DNA of 64,000 bases from Chiloscyllium plagiosum (lineage: Eukaryota). A model generated the notes under the pieces. The model was not told the origin of the DNA. It did no database searches and saw nothing but the letters and a program-made list of their open reading frames with translations. The translations under genes were made by a program, and so were the position numbers. The stretch is from assembly GCF_004010195.1 (NCBI RefSeq), contig NC_057719.1, forward strand, positions 72,305,961 to 72,369,960. The letters run 5' to 3'. Position 1 is the stretch's first letter; each line of letters opens with the position of its first letter. Positions 12,195-27,000 of the stretch are shown here, one piece after another.

Positions 12195-15100
12195 TGGGAA
12201 CGGCGATGGCCTAGTAATATTATTGTTAGACTTTTAATCCAGACACCCAGATAATATTCTGCAGACCCAGGTTTGAATACTGCCATGGCAGATGATGGAC
12301 ATTAAATTCATTTTTTAAAAATGAATTCCTTACTTGATCTGGCCTACATGTGATTCCAGACCCACAGCAATGTGATTGACTCTCAGTTGTCCTCTGAAAT
12401 GGCCTAGCAAGCCATTCAATTGTACCAATCGCTACAAAGTGTCAAAGAAATGAAATTGGACAGATCATCTGGCATCAACCTAGGCACCAGAAAAGACAAC
12501 AGCAGGAACAGCCCTGTTTACCCTGCAGAGTCCTCCTCACTAACATCTGGGGGGCTAGCACCAACATCGGGAGAGCTGTTAAACAAACTTGTCAAGTAAT
12601 AGCCTGACATAGTCATACTTATAGAATCATACCTTACAGACAACATCCCAGACACCACCATCACTATTCCTGGATATGACCTGTTCACCGGCAGGACAGA
12701 CCCAGCAGAGGTGGCAGCACAGTAATATACAGATGGGAGGGAGTTGCCCTGGAAGTCCTCAACATTGACTCTGGATCCCATGAAGTCTCATGGCTTCAGG
12801 TTAAACATGAACAAGGAAACCTCCTGCTGGTTACCACACACCATTCTCCCTCGGCTGATGGAGTGGGACTCCTTCACATTGAACAATATTTGGAGGAAGC
12901 AGTGAGGATGGCAAGGGCACAAAATGTACTCTGGGTTGGGGATTTCAATGCCCACCACCAAGAGTGACTCAGCAGCAGTACTACTGATCGAGCTGGTCGG
13001 TTCCTAAAGGACAAAGCTGTTAGATTGGGTCTACAGCAAGTGGTGAGGAAACCAGCAAGAGGGAAAAACACACTTGACCTCATCCTCAGCCATCTGCCAG
13101 CTGCAGCTGCATCTGTCTATAACAGTATCAGTAAGAGTCGCCACGACACAATCCTCATAGAGATGAAGTCCCACCTTTACATTGAGAATAACCTCCAAAG
13201 TGTTGTGTGGTACTATCACCATGCTAAATGGGACAGACTTGGAATGGATCTAGCAACTCCAGAATGGGTATCCATGAGGCGCTGTGGGCCATCAACTGCA
13301 GCAGAATAATACTCCATCACAATCTGGAACCTTATGGCCCGGCATAGCCCCCACTCAACCATTACCATCAAGACAGGAGATTAACCCTGATTCAATCGAC
13401 AATGCAGGAGGGAATGCCAGGGGCAGCACTAGGCAAACCTGAAGATGCGATGTCAACCTGGTGAAGCCACCAAACAGGACTATCTGCACGCCAAACAGCA
13501 AAGCAGTAAGTGATCCCACAGCCAATAGATCAGATCCAACCTCAGCCATTCTACCACATCCTGGTGTGAATGGTGGTGGATTATTAAACACCTCACTTGA
13601 GGAAGAGGATCCACAAATATCCTCATCCTCTAAGATGGAAGAGCCCAGCACATCAATGCCAAAGATAAGGCTGAAGCTTTTGCAGCAATCTTCAGCCAGC
13701 AGTGCTGAGTAGATGATCCGTCTCGACCTCCTCCAGTGGTCCCCAGCCTTCAGCAAATTCAATTCACTGCACGTAATGTCAAGGAACAGTTGGAGGCGCT
13801 GAATACTGCAAAGGCTAAGGGCCCTGATAGCATTCTGGCAATAGTACTGAAGACTTGTACTCCAGAACCTGCAGCTCCCTTCGCCAAGCTAATATCTACC
13901 TGACAATGTTGGAAAATACCCAGGTATGTCCTGTACACAAAAAGCATGACAAATCCAACCCAGCCAATTACTGCCTCCATCAGTGTAACATATCAATCAT
14001 CAGCAATAACCTGCCCAGTGTCGCTCTGTGGGTTCTGCCAGAGCCATTCAGTTTGTGACCTCATTACAGCCTTGGTTCAAACATGGCCGAAAGAGCTGAA
14101 TTCCAGAGATGAGATGAGAGTAACAGCTCACGACATCAAAGCTGCATTCAACCATGTGTGGCATCAAGGAGCGCTAGCAAAATTCAATAGATATCAGGGT
14201 GCAAGCTTTCCAATGGTTAGTCATACCTGGCACATAGAAAAATGGTTGTGCTTGTTGAAAGTCAGTCATCTCAGGCTCCATAACATCTCTGCGAAGTTTC
14301 TCAGGGTAGTGTACTGGACCCAACCATCTTCAGCTGCTTCATCACTGACCTTCCATGATAAGCTTAGAAGTAGGGATGTTTGCTGATGATTGCACAATGT
14401 TCAGCACCATTTGTGACTCCTCAGACACAAAAGCAGTCCACGTCCAAATTCAGCAAGTCCCTTTGGACAATATCCAGGCTTGGGCTGACAAGTGGCAAGT
14501 AACATGCATGCCACAGAAATGCCAGGCTATGACCATCACCAATAAGAGATAATCTAACCTCTGCTCCTTGACATTCAATGGTGTTACCATCACTGAATCC
14601 CCCACTAACAACATCCTGGGAGTTATCATTGATCAAAAACTCAACTGGACTCACCACGTAAATGCAGACACCCCACAAAGGCTAGGAATACTGCGGTGAC
14701 TAACTCATCTCCTGACTCCGCAAAGCCTGTCCACCATCTCCAAGGCACGAGTCAGGAGTGTGATTGAATATTCCCCACTTTCCTGGATGAGTGTAGCACT
14801 AACAACACTCAAGAAGCTTGACACCAGGACAAAGCAGCCCGCTTTATTGGCACCACATCGACAAGCATCCATTCTCTCTATCACCAACACTCAGTAGCAG
14901 CAGTGTGTACTATCTACAAGATGCAATGCAGAAATTCATCAAGACTGCACCTTCCAAACCCACAAGGACAAGGACAGCAAATATATGGGAACACCATTAT
15001 CTTCAAGGTTCCCTCCAAGCCAGACACCATCCTAACTTGGAAATATATTGCCGTGCCTTCACTGTCACTGGGTCAAAATTCTGGAATTTCTCACTAGTGG

Positions 15101-15235
15101 CATTGTGGGTCATCCCACAGGAGGTGAGTTGCAGTGGTTGAAGACAGCCGCTCACCACCACCTTCTCTCAAGGGCAATGAGGCAATAAATGCCGGCGAGC
15201 TAGCAACGCCCACATCCCATAAAAATTAATAAATA
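12195..15235 (+). mobile_element. Near-full-length degenerate CR1/L2-group LINE (APE endonuclease + RT) with a tRNA-like 5' head
   Basis: APE motifs VGDFNAHH and RGKNTLDLIL; RT motifs DIKAAFNHVWH and MFADD; many stops and frameshifts; tail gcccacatcccataaaaattaataaa. Confidence 0.9.
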
Positions 15236-17278
15236 TGTAAAACTGCTGAAAGATAAATAAAATTGGTTTTCTTCTGGCTTTAACGTTTTTTTTACTGCAG
15301 AGAACAAAGCTAACTCCCGAGCTTGTGGCAATCTGATGGCCTCTTACTATCCTTCCATGACTACTTCTCTCCCTATCCAGCCCCGTAACACACATCCTCT
15401 CTGGTCAAAATAAGATACGAGGTACTCTTCTAAATCTGGCTCCTTGTGATTTTAATTGCTGTATGACTGGTGCCTATGCCTACAATTTCTTAGGCTGAAA
15501 GCTGTGGAATTCCTTTCCTAAACCATCTCCTTATCTACTCCTCTTTTCTCTTTTAGGATGGCCTTTTGATTAAGGTTTTAGTAATTTTCCTAATATTCCT
15601 TTGTAACTTTGGGTCAAATTTTGATTCACAGTGCGAGAGTGTGTGTTGCCCATGCCTGATGGCCACCAGATGCCAGTGCCTACAGAGACAGCAGCAAGGA
15701 TGGTACACTGCTGCAAAAGAGCCTTCAAGCTTCTCTCTCGTGGCATAGTCTTATTGACCTTTGGCTGTGGCCCACTCCCCTTCGCTTCTGACCATACCCC
15801 TTGGTGCACAGTTTGCCGTTTTGGGTCTTTGAGTGTGCCAGTTGTCTAATTTATTTCAGGAGCATCTTTTGAATGGACATTTTAGCAGTACAATGCTGAA
15901 AGCTTAATAAAATCACACACTGACAGTCAATTCTGTCATTCTGTAATATCTGTTGATTTGACTGAACTGATTCCCTGGAGTTTGACTGCAAAGCTGTATT
16001 TACAGGAATGCATGGTTACTACACCGCCTAGCAGTGGCATTGACAATAAAGGTAGACTTCTAATGCTCCTGCAAAATGCGTTGAGACATTTTATCTTGTT
16101 AAGTGCATTATCTGCATCCATATTATTGGAATTACTTTTGACTGTTTCTTCAACTCTTCTTAATCATGGACTGACTTTGGTTACAAGTCAATCCAACAAA
16201 ATATTGTTTGTGAGAAAATCTATCACATCATAAGCCAACAGCATCTGCTACTGTTTAAAGTATTGTGTACAGTCCAGGCTAAACACAATGATTTCCTTAG
16301 GTTCCCTGATGAGTTACTTGTTTACTTATGTAAGCTGATCTATTCTTGGCCTTTTGGCAAGACACTATCATTCCTAAACCTCAATTATTTTCCATTCTTT
16401 CTGTCACTTTCTGATGCTACTCTGTTTCAGAATAGTGGAAGTCCCTTTTTTTTATTTTTGAGTTTTACAGCTTGAAGTTGAGTTCCTCTATATAGATTTA
16501 TGTTTTAGGTAATCTGTCTACTTGAAATATTTACATGCTCAATTACAGAACTTGCTGGTGTGATTCATTTGAAAAACTGTTTCCTTTCATTTCTAATGCC
16601 AGTGTTTTTAAAATCTAGATTAGTCTGATAGAATCAAAGCTTGCTTATTTTCATAGCTGTAAGTCTCTTCCATGAAAAGTTTGAATAGCAACAATAAGTT
16701 CAATTTGAGCTAGACTCGGCAGTTCAAGACTGCACAAAGGCTGATGGATTTGACCAGAGACATTGCGGATCTCGGAAATGAAATTTAATGGTGGAAGAAT
16801 TCAGATTGAATTACACAGGTTGGATTCTAGCTGCAGTTTACATTGTATATCCTTGACTTATAGCTGACAGATTCTCAGTGAAAGGTTTTACTACAGACAG
16901 AAATTTAATTAATTTTCTATAAATTGTTTTTTGAGTAGGAATAAAACATATCATATATCAGTGCTAACTTTGTATATGCTTTGAAACCCTTAATGAAAAT
17001 TTCACTCTAGCTTTCAGTATTCTTATCTGATTTTGTTTTCTAATATTTCCTTTTCCTGGATTCAACACATTTAATCAACGCATATTCTGCATTGTACTTT
17101 TGGATAAAACATTTACGTGATTCTGCTTAATCATAAAGCTTCCTTTCCTAATGTTATCATTATCCATTTTGCAGTTAATTTTTTGTAAACTTTATTTGGT
17201 AAATAGTTAGATCATTTTGCAAGTAAATACATCTTCTGTAAATTCTAAAGATAATAATGTTAATAATTTTCCTGATAG

Positions 17279-17375
17279 GCTCGGAAGTTGGATGTTTATT
17301 TTGAATATGAAGAAAAATTGATGAGCAAGTCCACACTAGACAAGTCTTTATTGGATATAATCTCTGATCCTGATG
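17279..17375 (+). CDS. SCFD1: SCFD1 exon (97 nt): ARKLDVYFEYEEKLMSKSTLDKSLLDIISDPD
   Basis: Acceptor cctgatag| and donor |gtaatt; in phase with neighbouring exons. Confidence 0.96.
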
Positions 17376-17988
17376 GTAATTGTTAAAATTAAAAATTAAC
17401 CTTTAAATCAGTTGTAAACAATTATTCTCAACACTTTAGTTTATATAATTAAAGGATTCAAATATGTGTAAATTATTAACAGTAAATGTCTTCCCAATCC
17501 TTCCTGGATATGCATGTGTTAGAGGATGGAGAAGGACCCTTTTTATAGGGTGCATTTTATAAAGTGCATTAGAGCTTTTACCTTTGTCTCCCTGCAGCAG
17601 CATTATTGATATAAGGAAGCCAATAAGTGAGAAAACTGTTTATTCAGAAAAGTCGGTGTTGGTTTTACAGAGCACACCACCACTGTATTGCCCAGCCGAC
17701 ATTGGCATGTCTTTCAAGCTGTACCATTAAATACAGCAATTGCTAATATATTTCTGGGAGTTTAATGAAGAATTCTGAAATGCATCCTTTTTTTGTTTAC
17801 ATATTGTAACCTTCAAGTTTGATTAGTCTGGGAGGAGTTAACATTCCATATTAAATGTAAAATGCTGAAGAATAAAGTTACTTTTTAAGCAATTATTTCT
17901 AATGCAAAGTCAAATCCTTTTATGTGCAATATGAAATAATTTTGGATATTCTTCTATGCTGAAAAATGTTTTGCCCTTATTTTTGTAG

Positions 17989-18059
17989 GAGGTACACCTG
18001 AAGATAAAATGAGGTTGTTTATCATTTACTACATAAGTTCACCACAGCCACCTTCAGAG
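17989..18059 (+). CDS. SCFD1: SCFD1 exon (71 nt): (G)GTPEDKMRLFIIYYISSPQPPSE
   Basis: Acceptor ttttgtag| and donor |gtcagt; contains the DKMRL motif. Confidence 0.95.
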
Positions 18060-19523
18060 GTCAGTTCTATTTGATTGTTCAGAAACTGCAAAAGTTTCAA
18101 CCCATTGCAATATAAGAAGACAAAGTGCTGTTAAAACAATAGAAACCCTTCATTGAATACCTCTGTCAGATTTCCCATAACTTCTACCCAATTGCAGTTG
18201 GATAGTTTTCAAAGGCTGTTAAAAATGTGAAACAGTATTGCCCACATGTGGGACAAGTTCCAAATGTTCAAAATTAGAGGAAATTATAATGTTTACTGTG
18301 TTCACTTGAAATTGTTTGTAAGAAATTTTCAAAATATATTTGGTTCCCACTGGTTGACTTAAGCTTCAACACTTGCAAGGCATTACTTTTCAGAGATAAA
18401 TAGCAATTTCAAGGAAGAAGGAAAATCATGCATTTAATTAGCACATTTTCACAAATCAGTCTCCCTAACATGCTTCACAACCAATTAATGACTTTTGAAA
18501 TCCAGTATTGTTGTTAAATGGTATTATATGGTAGCCAATTTGTGCAAGCAGAGTTCCACATGGACTACTAAACAATACAAAATCTGGTAAGTAATTCCAA
18601 CATTTTCTGTTTTTAACAGATACAGTAAATTAGTTGAGCAACTAGTTAATTTGTGTTTGATGGTGCTGGTTGGGGGTTAAGTTTTGGCCTTGTAATTCTT
18701 TGCATATTCCTGTGAGGTACTCCTATCCATCCAAACAGGGAGATGAGAACTTAATTTAACTTCTCATTAGAAAGACAGCATCTCAGGCAATGCCATGCCC
18801 CTCAATACTATGCTGAAATATCAGATGGTCACGTACTGGAGGAGGACATGAATTCACAATTTATTGAATCCAAAGTGCGAATGTTATCTGCATTAAGGGC
18901 AGGCAGAAAATGCTTCACCAGATTTAAATAAAATCCCTACATTCAACCTGTCTGTGGACATGCAATGTCTTTTGGTATTTGGCATAACGAGAACCAACAT
19001 AGTTCTGCACATTTGTGAGGAGCCATGTTTCACTGTGATAGCTGTCTTGGGAATTTTCATCATCCTTAACAAGTGATTTCTCCCCTGATTTCCTATCTTT
19101 TTTTTTACTAAACAGCGCTGTGGAATTGGACAATATATGCTTCTTTATAATGCCACCAAAGATTAGTTAGTTCATCGGCATTATAAGTCTTTGTTTTTAG
19201 GCATGAACAATGCCTGTAGGAAGTACCAGTGGACCATCATTGCTTAGCATGCAGTATTCTTTTAAAGTGAAATGGAGAAATTTGGTGAGATAAAATTATT
19301 GGATGACTTAGTTTATGTCAACCACGATAAAATAAAGCAACCTTCCATGCGCCCATAAGTAATTGCAGTTGACTTTGGTAAGTTGTATTTCATTAAAGAA
19401 TCAGTAAAGATAGCAGTTTTCCATCCATCAGCAATAAAATTTTCAAAGCAGATTACATATGTTTTACATAGTACCAATAATGTTCACCTATAGAAAATGT
19501 GAGATGTATATTTAACATTACTA

Positions 19524-19559
19524 ATTCCTGAAGAAGGGCCTGTGCCCGAAACGTCGAAT
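19524..19559 (+). ncRNA. Minimal hammerhead ribozyme motif (family A), intact
   Basis: AUUC-CUGAAGA-A-GGGC(CUGU)GCCC-GAAA-C-GUC-GAAU; perfect 4-bp stem I; palindromic ACGU stem III; GUC cleavage triplet at 19553-19555. Confidence 0.82.
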
Positions 19560-19615
19560 CTCCTGTTCCCTGGATGCTGCCTGACCTGCTGTGCTGTTCC
19601 AGCAATAAAGTTTCA
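19525..19615 (+). mobile_element. Short Penelope-derived insertion (family A)
   Basis: TSD atttaacattactaa at 19510-19524 and 19616-19630; family A tail. Confidence 0.88.
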
Positions 19616-20739
19616 ATTTAACATTACTAACCTTGTTTGTTTTAAATCTAATTGTATACTTTATTTTTTGGATGAATGAAGCCACATCATGTAAGTTTCT
19701 GAATCTGATACAGCAATGCCAAATAAAGGCATATCACTATAAACTGAACAAAATTAATCACATTGCAGAGGAACCAAATTATTTTGAATAATTGCTTTAT
19801 ATATCCCTTTAGCTATATTAAGTGATATGTTCACATTTACTTTAATGCATAATTAAAATTTATGAGCACTAAGATAGCTTGCCTAAAGAAAGTATATAAA
19901 TTTCTGTCCTCATTCAGCATGGCATATTACATTCTCCATATTATATTTGTTTCCAAAAAAGTTAAAGCCCCTCTGCTGTTGTACCCCTTCTTGATGAATG
20001 AGCAGAAAGAAAGCAAGATACAAGATAAAGTTTTAAGATTAAGTTGGAGGTTGCAAAATGGGTTCAGAGGAAAAGGCTGTAACTGAAAAGTGGATGAAAT
20101 TGGTTAATTTTGAGGAAATTTGCAAAATGAAGCTAAATATACAAGACAAATGTTTAATTACCTAAGTAATAAGAGCTTAGAAAAGTAACATTGAAAGGTA
20201 AATTGAAAGCTGAAGTTCAAATTTGATGAGCTGATGGTGAAAAATTGCATGAATTTGTAGAGGGAAAGAAAAATATTTGTATTGTGGGCTACACCTCCAA
20301 AATGCTGTTTTTGGATTGTAATTGCTGGGATATTTTGGAACATGTTTTATGGTTGCATGTTGAGAATTATTACATAACCTCTTAATGATCTCTTCCCTTT
20401 GCCCAGAGATAACAATGGCCCATATCTTCTGGCCTCCAGATCATAAAGCACAGATATGTGACTCAATTTGCTCTTTGGGGGCTGCAGAAGTCCTAGTGCA
20501 CTGGCCTCTCTGGCAAATATGCAGGAAATTGAGATTCCAATGGACAATTCCCCTGCTCCCCAAGATACTCTTAACCTGGCTGTAGTACTGATTTAGTCAG
20601 CGACTTTGGGTAGTTCCCATTTATTTACCTTAGGTCTTAGCTTAACAGTGGGAGAGTGTCTTGGTGGTAATAATCATAATTGGTACTTTTAACATACTTA
20701 TTAAATAGGCCAAAAGGGGTTAGGAGCAGCAGTCACATC

Positions 20740-21730
20740 TCAGGCCTGCTGTCACAGTGTAAGATGAATCCGAAAAAAAAGCTTAATACTACATAAAGCT
20801 GCGAGGATTATAGAAAATGAGTGTTGAAGTTAGGAAAACAAAGAAAGGACATGAAAGAATATTGGTAAGCAAAATGAAGGTGAACCCAAAGATGTTTTAG
20901 CAATACATTAACAAAAGTTATATGTTAGAAAAGAGTAAGGCCCATAAAAGTTCAAAAAGGTAGCCTTTGTGTGGAGGTGGAAGGTATTGGGATGGTTACT
21001 AATGAATGCTTGGATCTGTCTTTACAAAAAAGGACAATGCAGATACAGTATGGTTAAGAAGGAAGAATGTGATGTGTTGAATTTGATAGGGAGAGAGGAA
21101 TACTTAAAAGATAAGCAACCTTGAAAGTGGGTAGATCACTAGTCCAATGATTTTTATCCAAATAACAGGGCACTTAGAAAAATAGCTTAATCAGTGATGG
21201 ATTTTATAGAGAAAGGTCATATCTGTTTGGTTTGAATTTTTGAAGGGAGTAACAAAGAGGATTAATGAAGATAATTTTGTTGATGTAATCTTTAATTGCA
21301 ATTGGAGTCAAAGCAAAGGGATACACAATTAATGGGAGACTGCTGAAAGATGTGGAGGAAGTGAGACACCTTCAATTGAATATCCACAAATTCCCAAAGG
21401 TATCAGGATAGATTGATAAGGTGGTTGAGAAGGCATGTGGAATCCTTTATTGGCTGAGGTATAGGATATAAAAACAAGATAATAGTACTGGAACAATAGA
21501 AATTATTACTTAGGCCACAACCTGTGTGTTATGTGCAGTTCTGGTCACCTCATTGAAAGAGTGTAATTAAAGTAGGGTACAGAGCGCATTTATGAGGAGG
21601 ATGTCAGAACTTGGGATAATATGGCTATGGGGAAAGATTGGATATGATGGAGCTGTTCTCCTTGGAACAGGAGAGATGATGGGAGAGTTGATTGAGATGT
21701 ATGCAATAATGAGGTGCTTTGACAGAATGG
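20740..21730 (+). mobile_element. Old, internally deleted CR1 LINE fragment
   Basis: CR1-type RT-region remnants (e.g. gtgcagttctggtcacc; tttgaagggagtaacaaagaggatt). Confidence 0.65.
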
Positions 21731-22593
21731 ATGCCTGAAATGATGACTTTCTTGCTCCTCAGACACTGCCTGACTTGCTGACCCTTTTCCAGCATCAAGC
21801 TTTACCAGCCCAGGAACACATACACATCTTGTCTATCTGTACACAGTGAATCTACAGCTCATAGCTTCATTTCTTTACTTACAGGCTACCAGCCTCTGTG
21901 GCTTACATTATTTTACATGCACAGGCTAATCAGTGCTCAGTTGCAGACTACCCAATTTCAGGATGCTAACCTCTATGGTTTACAATATGTTTTAGTTCAG
22001 AGATTAAGTTGTGAAGCTTAGTCATGGATGGGAGTACTGAACTGTCAAAAGGGATGGACATGTCACTGTGTGGCACTGTGATGCATATTTCATAAAGCAA
22101 AGTAGCTGTTAAAGTAAATCAAGTCATATCTCCTTGCTTGGCGACATTTGTAAATTGACTTTGAAGAGACTGAAAGGTATATTTGAGCATACATTAAAAT
22201 TCCTCCAGGACTCCAACCCATAAATATTTGTTATGCACAAACCCAGGCAGTTAATGTTGGCTAACTATGCACATGACTGGTGGTGGGGTTAGTGTGAGGA
22301 AGCAAGTTCACTTTGGTAGCAATGGAAACTCTAAAACAATTAAATTCTGGGAGAAATTATTCTGAAATTTTGTTTTACCTCCTTCACATTCTCCACTGCA
22401 AAATTGGTTCTAAAATATCATTTAGTAACATTTTGTCGGCCAATGTTACAGCATGGGTGAAAAAATAGTGTTTATTTCCTGCAACATTCTATAATCTTTT
22501 GCTTATTTTGTAAAGCAAATTAGCAAGTCCTTTGGAATTTCAGAATTCATCATATATCTCCTTTCTCCTAAATTAAATTATTTATACCACCAG

Positions 22594-22673
22594 GTTGACC
22601 TAGAACAATACAAAAAAGCACTGTCTGATACTGGGTGCAATCTGGCTCCTTTGAATTACATCAAACGATGGAA
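22594..22673 (+). CDS. SCFD1: SCFD1 exon (80 nt): VDLEQYKKALSDTGCNLAPLNYIKRW(K)
   Basis: Acceptor caccag| and donor |gtaagt. Confidence 0.95.
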
Positions 22674-23484
22674 GTAAGTAAGAACACTGAGAATAGTTTA
22701 AGTACCAAAGGAACAGCAAATTACGAGCAACACATTTGTGTAAACCACAAAATAAACTTCAAACATGAACCATTTGCTAAAATTATGTGTATTACAGTTT
22801 TGAATATATACCTGGATCAGTTTTTTTTTATTTGAAAAAGTAGCCAATTGAAGATACTGGAATTAAGACAGATTTTAATGCTATGTATGAAAATGGCCCA
22901 AGTGAATCTTGAGCTTAAATTCCAAGAGAAAAACACCCTTACTGGTTAAATTCCCCTTGTGTTTAAAAGTTTCAAATCAGAAACTCATGTTAAAATCTGG
23001 AGCAAAGAGCAAGATTATCAAAGAACTACCTAAAAATTAATCAACTGATTATGAAAGCAAGATTAATATTGAATGCAACTTCCAACATGTGATACGGCAG
23101 GATTTGACCCAGGTCCCCAGGACATTAGCTGAGTTTATGTATTAATCGTCTAACAATTTATTAGATGCAGAATAAAGTATACCATATCTACTCCAAATTA
23201 TCTACAATTATGTAGTTTCATTTTGGGTGGAAATGCTCAGCAAGGATCTTCTGCTTTAAAAGTTTGTAAAGATGTGTTATTTATTCAGTCTTATATCAGA
23301 GTACAAGTGGCAAGTGAGAATAAATTGGATTGACGTTTTCATTTCATGGGGGACCTTCCCTAACCCAGGATTACAGCATTTGTTCAACTTTTTAAAAGTG
23401 TTAATCAGTTCCAGAATTCTATAGGTATGAATGTTTTCTCATTCCCAAATTCACTTCAGTAATTTAGTTTGTGTTTACTGACAG

Positions 23485-23547
23485 AGCATTTACCAAAATG
23501 GCGTCAGCTCCTACTAACTTTGGAGGCAGTGGACCAAAATCAATAAG
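23485..23547 (+). CDS. SCFD1: SCFD1 exon (63 nt): AFTKMASAPTNFGGSGPKSI(S)
   Basis: Acceptor actgacag| and donor |gtatga; AFTKMASAP is conserved. Confidence 0.93.
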
Positions 23548-24009
23548 GTATGAAGTTTTACAACAGAAGAATTCTAATGCAAAATTACTGGATTGAAAAC
23601 TATGTTTTTTAATATCAAAAATCTATTTAAAATAACAAGCTGACCTGGGATTTAATCACATTTGACGGTGTGAAATAAATATCAGGTTCAGTGTGCAGGT
23701 GCTCAACTTGTACTAAGTTTCAGAATAGAAATGGGCAATTTGGCTCATTTATTGTTCTGTTAGTGTTTTTGTCGATGTGCTACCTTGTCAAACCCACATT
23801 TCTCATCATTTCTCATATCATTTTAAAGTCTTTACAAAAAGCTCTCTAATTTTCTTTTGAAGACATATTTACAGTCTCTGGTTTGGCAACAATACACAGC
23901 AGAAAATTCTTAATTGAAAGCAGGTTCTGTAAAGATTTTAGAATGAATATATAATAAATGGTATTACTTTGAGATCATAGTTCCAAATCAAATTTTTGCA
24001 TGAATTAAA

Positions 24010-27000
24010 ATGGAGCTTGCAGGTGGTAGTGTTCCAGTATATCTGCTGCCTTTGTCTTCTAGGCAAAGGTAGTCATAAGGTATTTTTGAAGGGGTGTTGG
24101 TAAATTGCTGCAATGTATTTTTCTGTCAGTGTATCTTGATGGTTGTGGAAATTAATGTTTAAGGTGGTAATAAGGGTATAATAAAGCAAACTGTCCTGAA
24201 TGATGACAAGCTCCTTGAGTGTTGTTAAAGGTTCATTCATCCAGACAAGTCGACAGTATTCCTCATACTCCTTGCATATCTTCTAGGTGGCAAACAGAAT
24301 TTGGGGGACCAGGAGGTGAGTTATCCACTGTAGGACTCCTAGTCTCTGATCTGCTCTGATAGCCAAAGTACTTATGGCTGTTGCAGTTAAATTTTGGTCA
24401 ATAATGTAATGGTCTCAGTTACAGGAATATCAGATAAATTGGATAATTTTTAGCATCTGACTTGATATCAGAATTTGACTTGGAATTTAAACAAGTTGAG
24501 GAAGTGGGCAAACGTGTGACAGATGAAGTATAATGTTGATAAATGGGAAGTTCCCTACTTCTACTCCCAAAGGTTTTGAATATAATCATACTCCTAGAAG
24601 GCAGTTCCTTTTTATTTCTGGGTCTGGCTTTACAAGCCAGATGTTCCTATCAATACAGATTCCAAGGGTATGCATCACATGTCACAATCCAGCAAACACA
24701 TGTAGACTTAATATAGTTGGATTTCTGTCTTTAAAGATCCACTTGGCCTCATATACTTCTCTAAAATTTACTCTTTCATTCTGAAAACATGCAGAACTGA
24801 GGTTTTGACTAAATACAGCAGACCTTGTTTTAGGCAGCCTCCAGGTTCAGTCTCTCTCTGCTTGCTTATGTTTTGTTTTTAAAATGTTTGAATATAGTTC
24901 AACTCTCAGTAATTATCTCCACAGCAATCTTAGGGCTTTCTTGCTTCTAGAAGTCTTTTATCTAGATCAAAAGCTCATGCACTGTTGGTGAGCACACAAG
25001 CATAATGAAACAAAGTAAAATTACTCAACCTTTAATTGCCTTAATTTGAAACTAAAATCACATATTTTAACCTTTAATAGAGATAACTAATACAATAGTC
25101 ACCATTCCTTCATCACCAGAATGTTGATAGAGGATTTTTTAATGATCGTAATGCAATTGAAAGTCACAGAGCAATGGTGTGATTCTGTCTTGTTGGCAAT
25201 GACCATAGACTGCCACTTGTATGGTGCATATATTACTTTACAACTTATCACCCTAAAACTACATGTAGTCCAGGCCTTGCAGCTTATGGGTATTATATGT
25301 TTCAGCATCTGACAAGTTACAAATAGTCCTAAGCATCGCATTGATCAGTGAATGTCTCATTTCTGACCTTGGGTGGAGGAATAGTCATGAGTGAATCATC
25401 TGAAAATGGTTCTTAGAATTAAAATTAGATTTATTGTCACATGTTCTCAAGCACAGGGACATGTGAGTACAATGAAAAGTGTACAAAGTCACCATTTCCA
25501 GCGTTATCTTAGGTACAAAGATACCTCGATACAAAATCTTACGTATAAATTAGAAAATGAAGAAATAAAGTTAAAAGCTCAGCATTACAGCCTTTACAAA
25601 GCCAAGTACAAAGATACCCAGGTACAGAATCTTAGGTATAAATTAGAAAAATAAAGAAATAAAGGTTAAAAAAAAAAGCATGCCAGTCTTTCTAAAGCGG
25701 GGAGTCCATGTGGGCTTTTCCTTGAGTATGGGAATCCGTTCTGGGCTTCCAGGGGTCTGGGAGTCCATTGGGTCCATCCAAGGAATGAAGATGAATAGAG
25801 AGGAAAAGAAAACACAAGAAGAGGAAAAAGACTGATGGAGCAGGCAAGCTCTGGCTTAGGAGCCCTACTCCACCACCATCTTGTTTGAGTCGATACAATC
25901 TTGAAGAACTCCTGCAGTGATATCGTCAGGCTGAGGTGATGGACTTCAACCTCATCTTTGCACGTACAAGGGTATGACTCCAATCAAAATGGCAAAGTGT
26001 AAACTGTAACATCAGCCAGTAGGATAATATTGGGCAAGTGACGATAGCATTGGTCAATGACATTTGTTGTATCTTGCTGATGCTTGAATATGGATAGTTT
26101 GGGATTTAGGGGTTAATTGACAAGTTTAGATTTATACTCATTTTTGAGAATAGAACATACCTAGAGAATTTTCCATTTTGTCAGGTAGGCACCAGTGTTG
26201 AAATTTGAATAGTTTTACCATTATCATGATTAATCCTGGAACATACGTCTTCAGTACCCTTTTAGGAAGTTGTCAGGACCCATGATCTTTGATTGTTTAG
26301 TGAATTGAATTGGCTGAAGCTTGGCAAGCTCCCTGCTTCTGGTCAAGTTTGCTGCAAATGCCTCATCCTTATCTTTTATACTGATGTGCTGGGCTCTTCC
26401 ATCATGGAGATGTGGATATTTGTGGAGCTTCTCTTTCTGGATGGTTATTTAAGTGTCCAACACCATTCTGGATGTGACAAGAATGCAGAGCTTTTATCTA
26501 ATCCACTGATTGTATGTCCATTACATGCTGTTTCTATTATTGGGCATGTATGTAGTCTTTGTTTACCAGATTGACCCTTAGTTTAACGGATGCCTGGTGC
26601 TGCTTCTGACATGCTACCCTACAGAGTTCATTGAACCTGGTTGATCTCCTGGCTTGGTAGTAGTAGAGTGAATTATTTTCCTTTCATGAAATATGGGCAT
26701 TACGTACAAGGCTTGATTGGTTACTTATTCCTAATTTCCCTTTAATTGATTGCTTAAACAAGGCAGTTAGGAGTCATCTATATTATTGTGGGTGTAAAGG
26801 CCAAATCAAGTGGAGATGGCAGATTTTCTTCCTTCAAGGAAGTAAGTGAACCAGGTTGGTTTTCTGAATGATGGTGGTTTATAGTTTGATCATCATCATT
26901 GCTGATGGCTGGCTTTCAATTGCAAATCCAATTATGATTGATTTCCACATGGATTCGAACCTGTGTCCCCAGACCATGGCTTGTGCCTCTGGATTCCTAG

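Noticed and set aside
21735..21800. Another family A hammerhead
   Set aside because: Only the tail is recognisable; the catalytic core is lost.
22635..22835. 66-aa ORF overlapping an SCFD1 exon
   Set aside because: It is out of frame with SCFD1 and runs into the intron; spurious.
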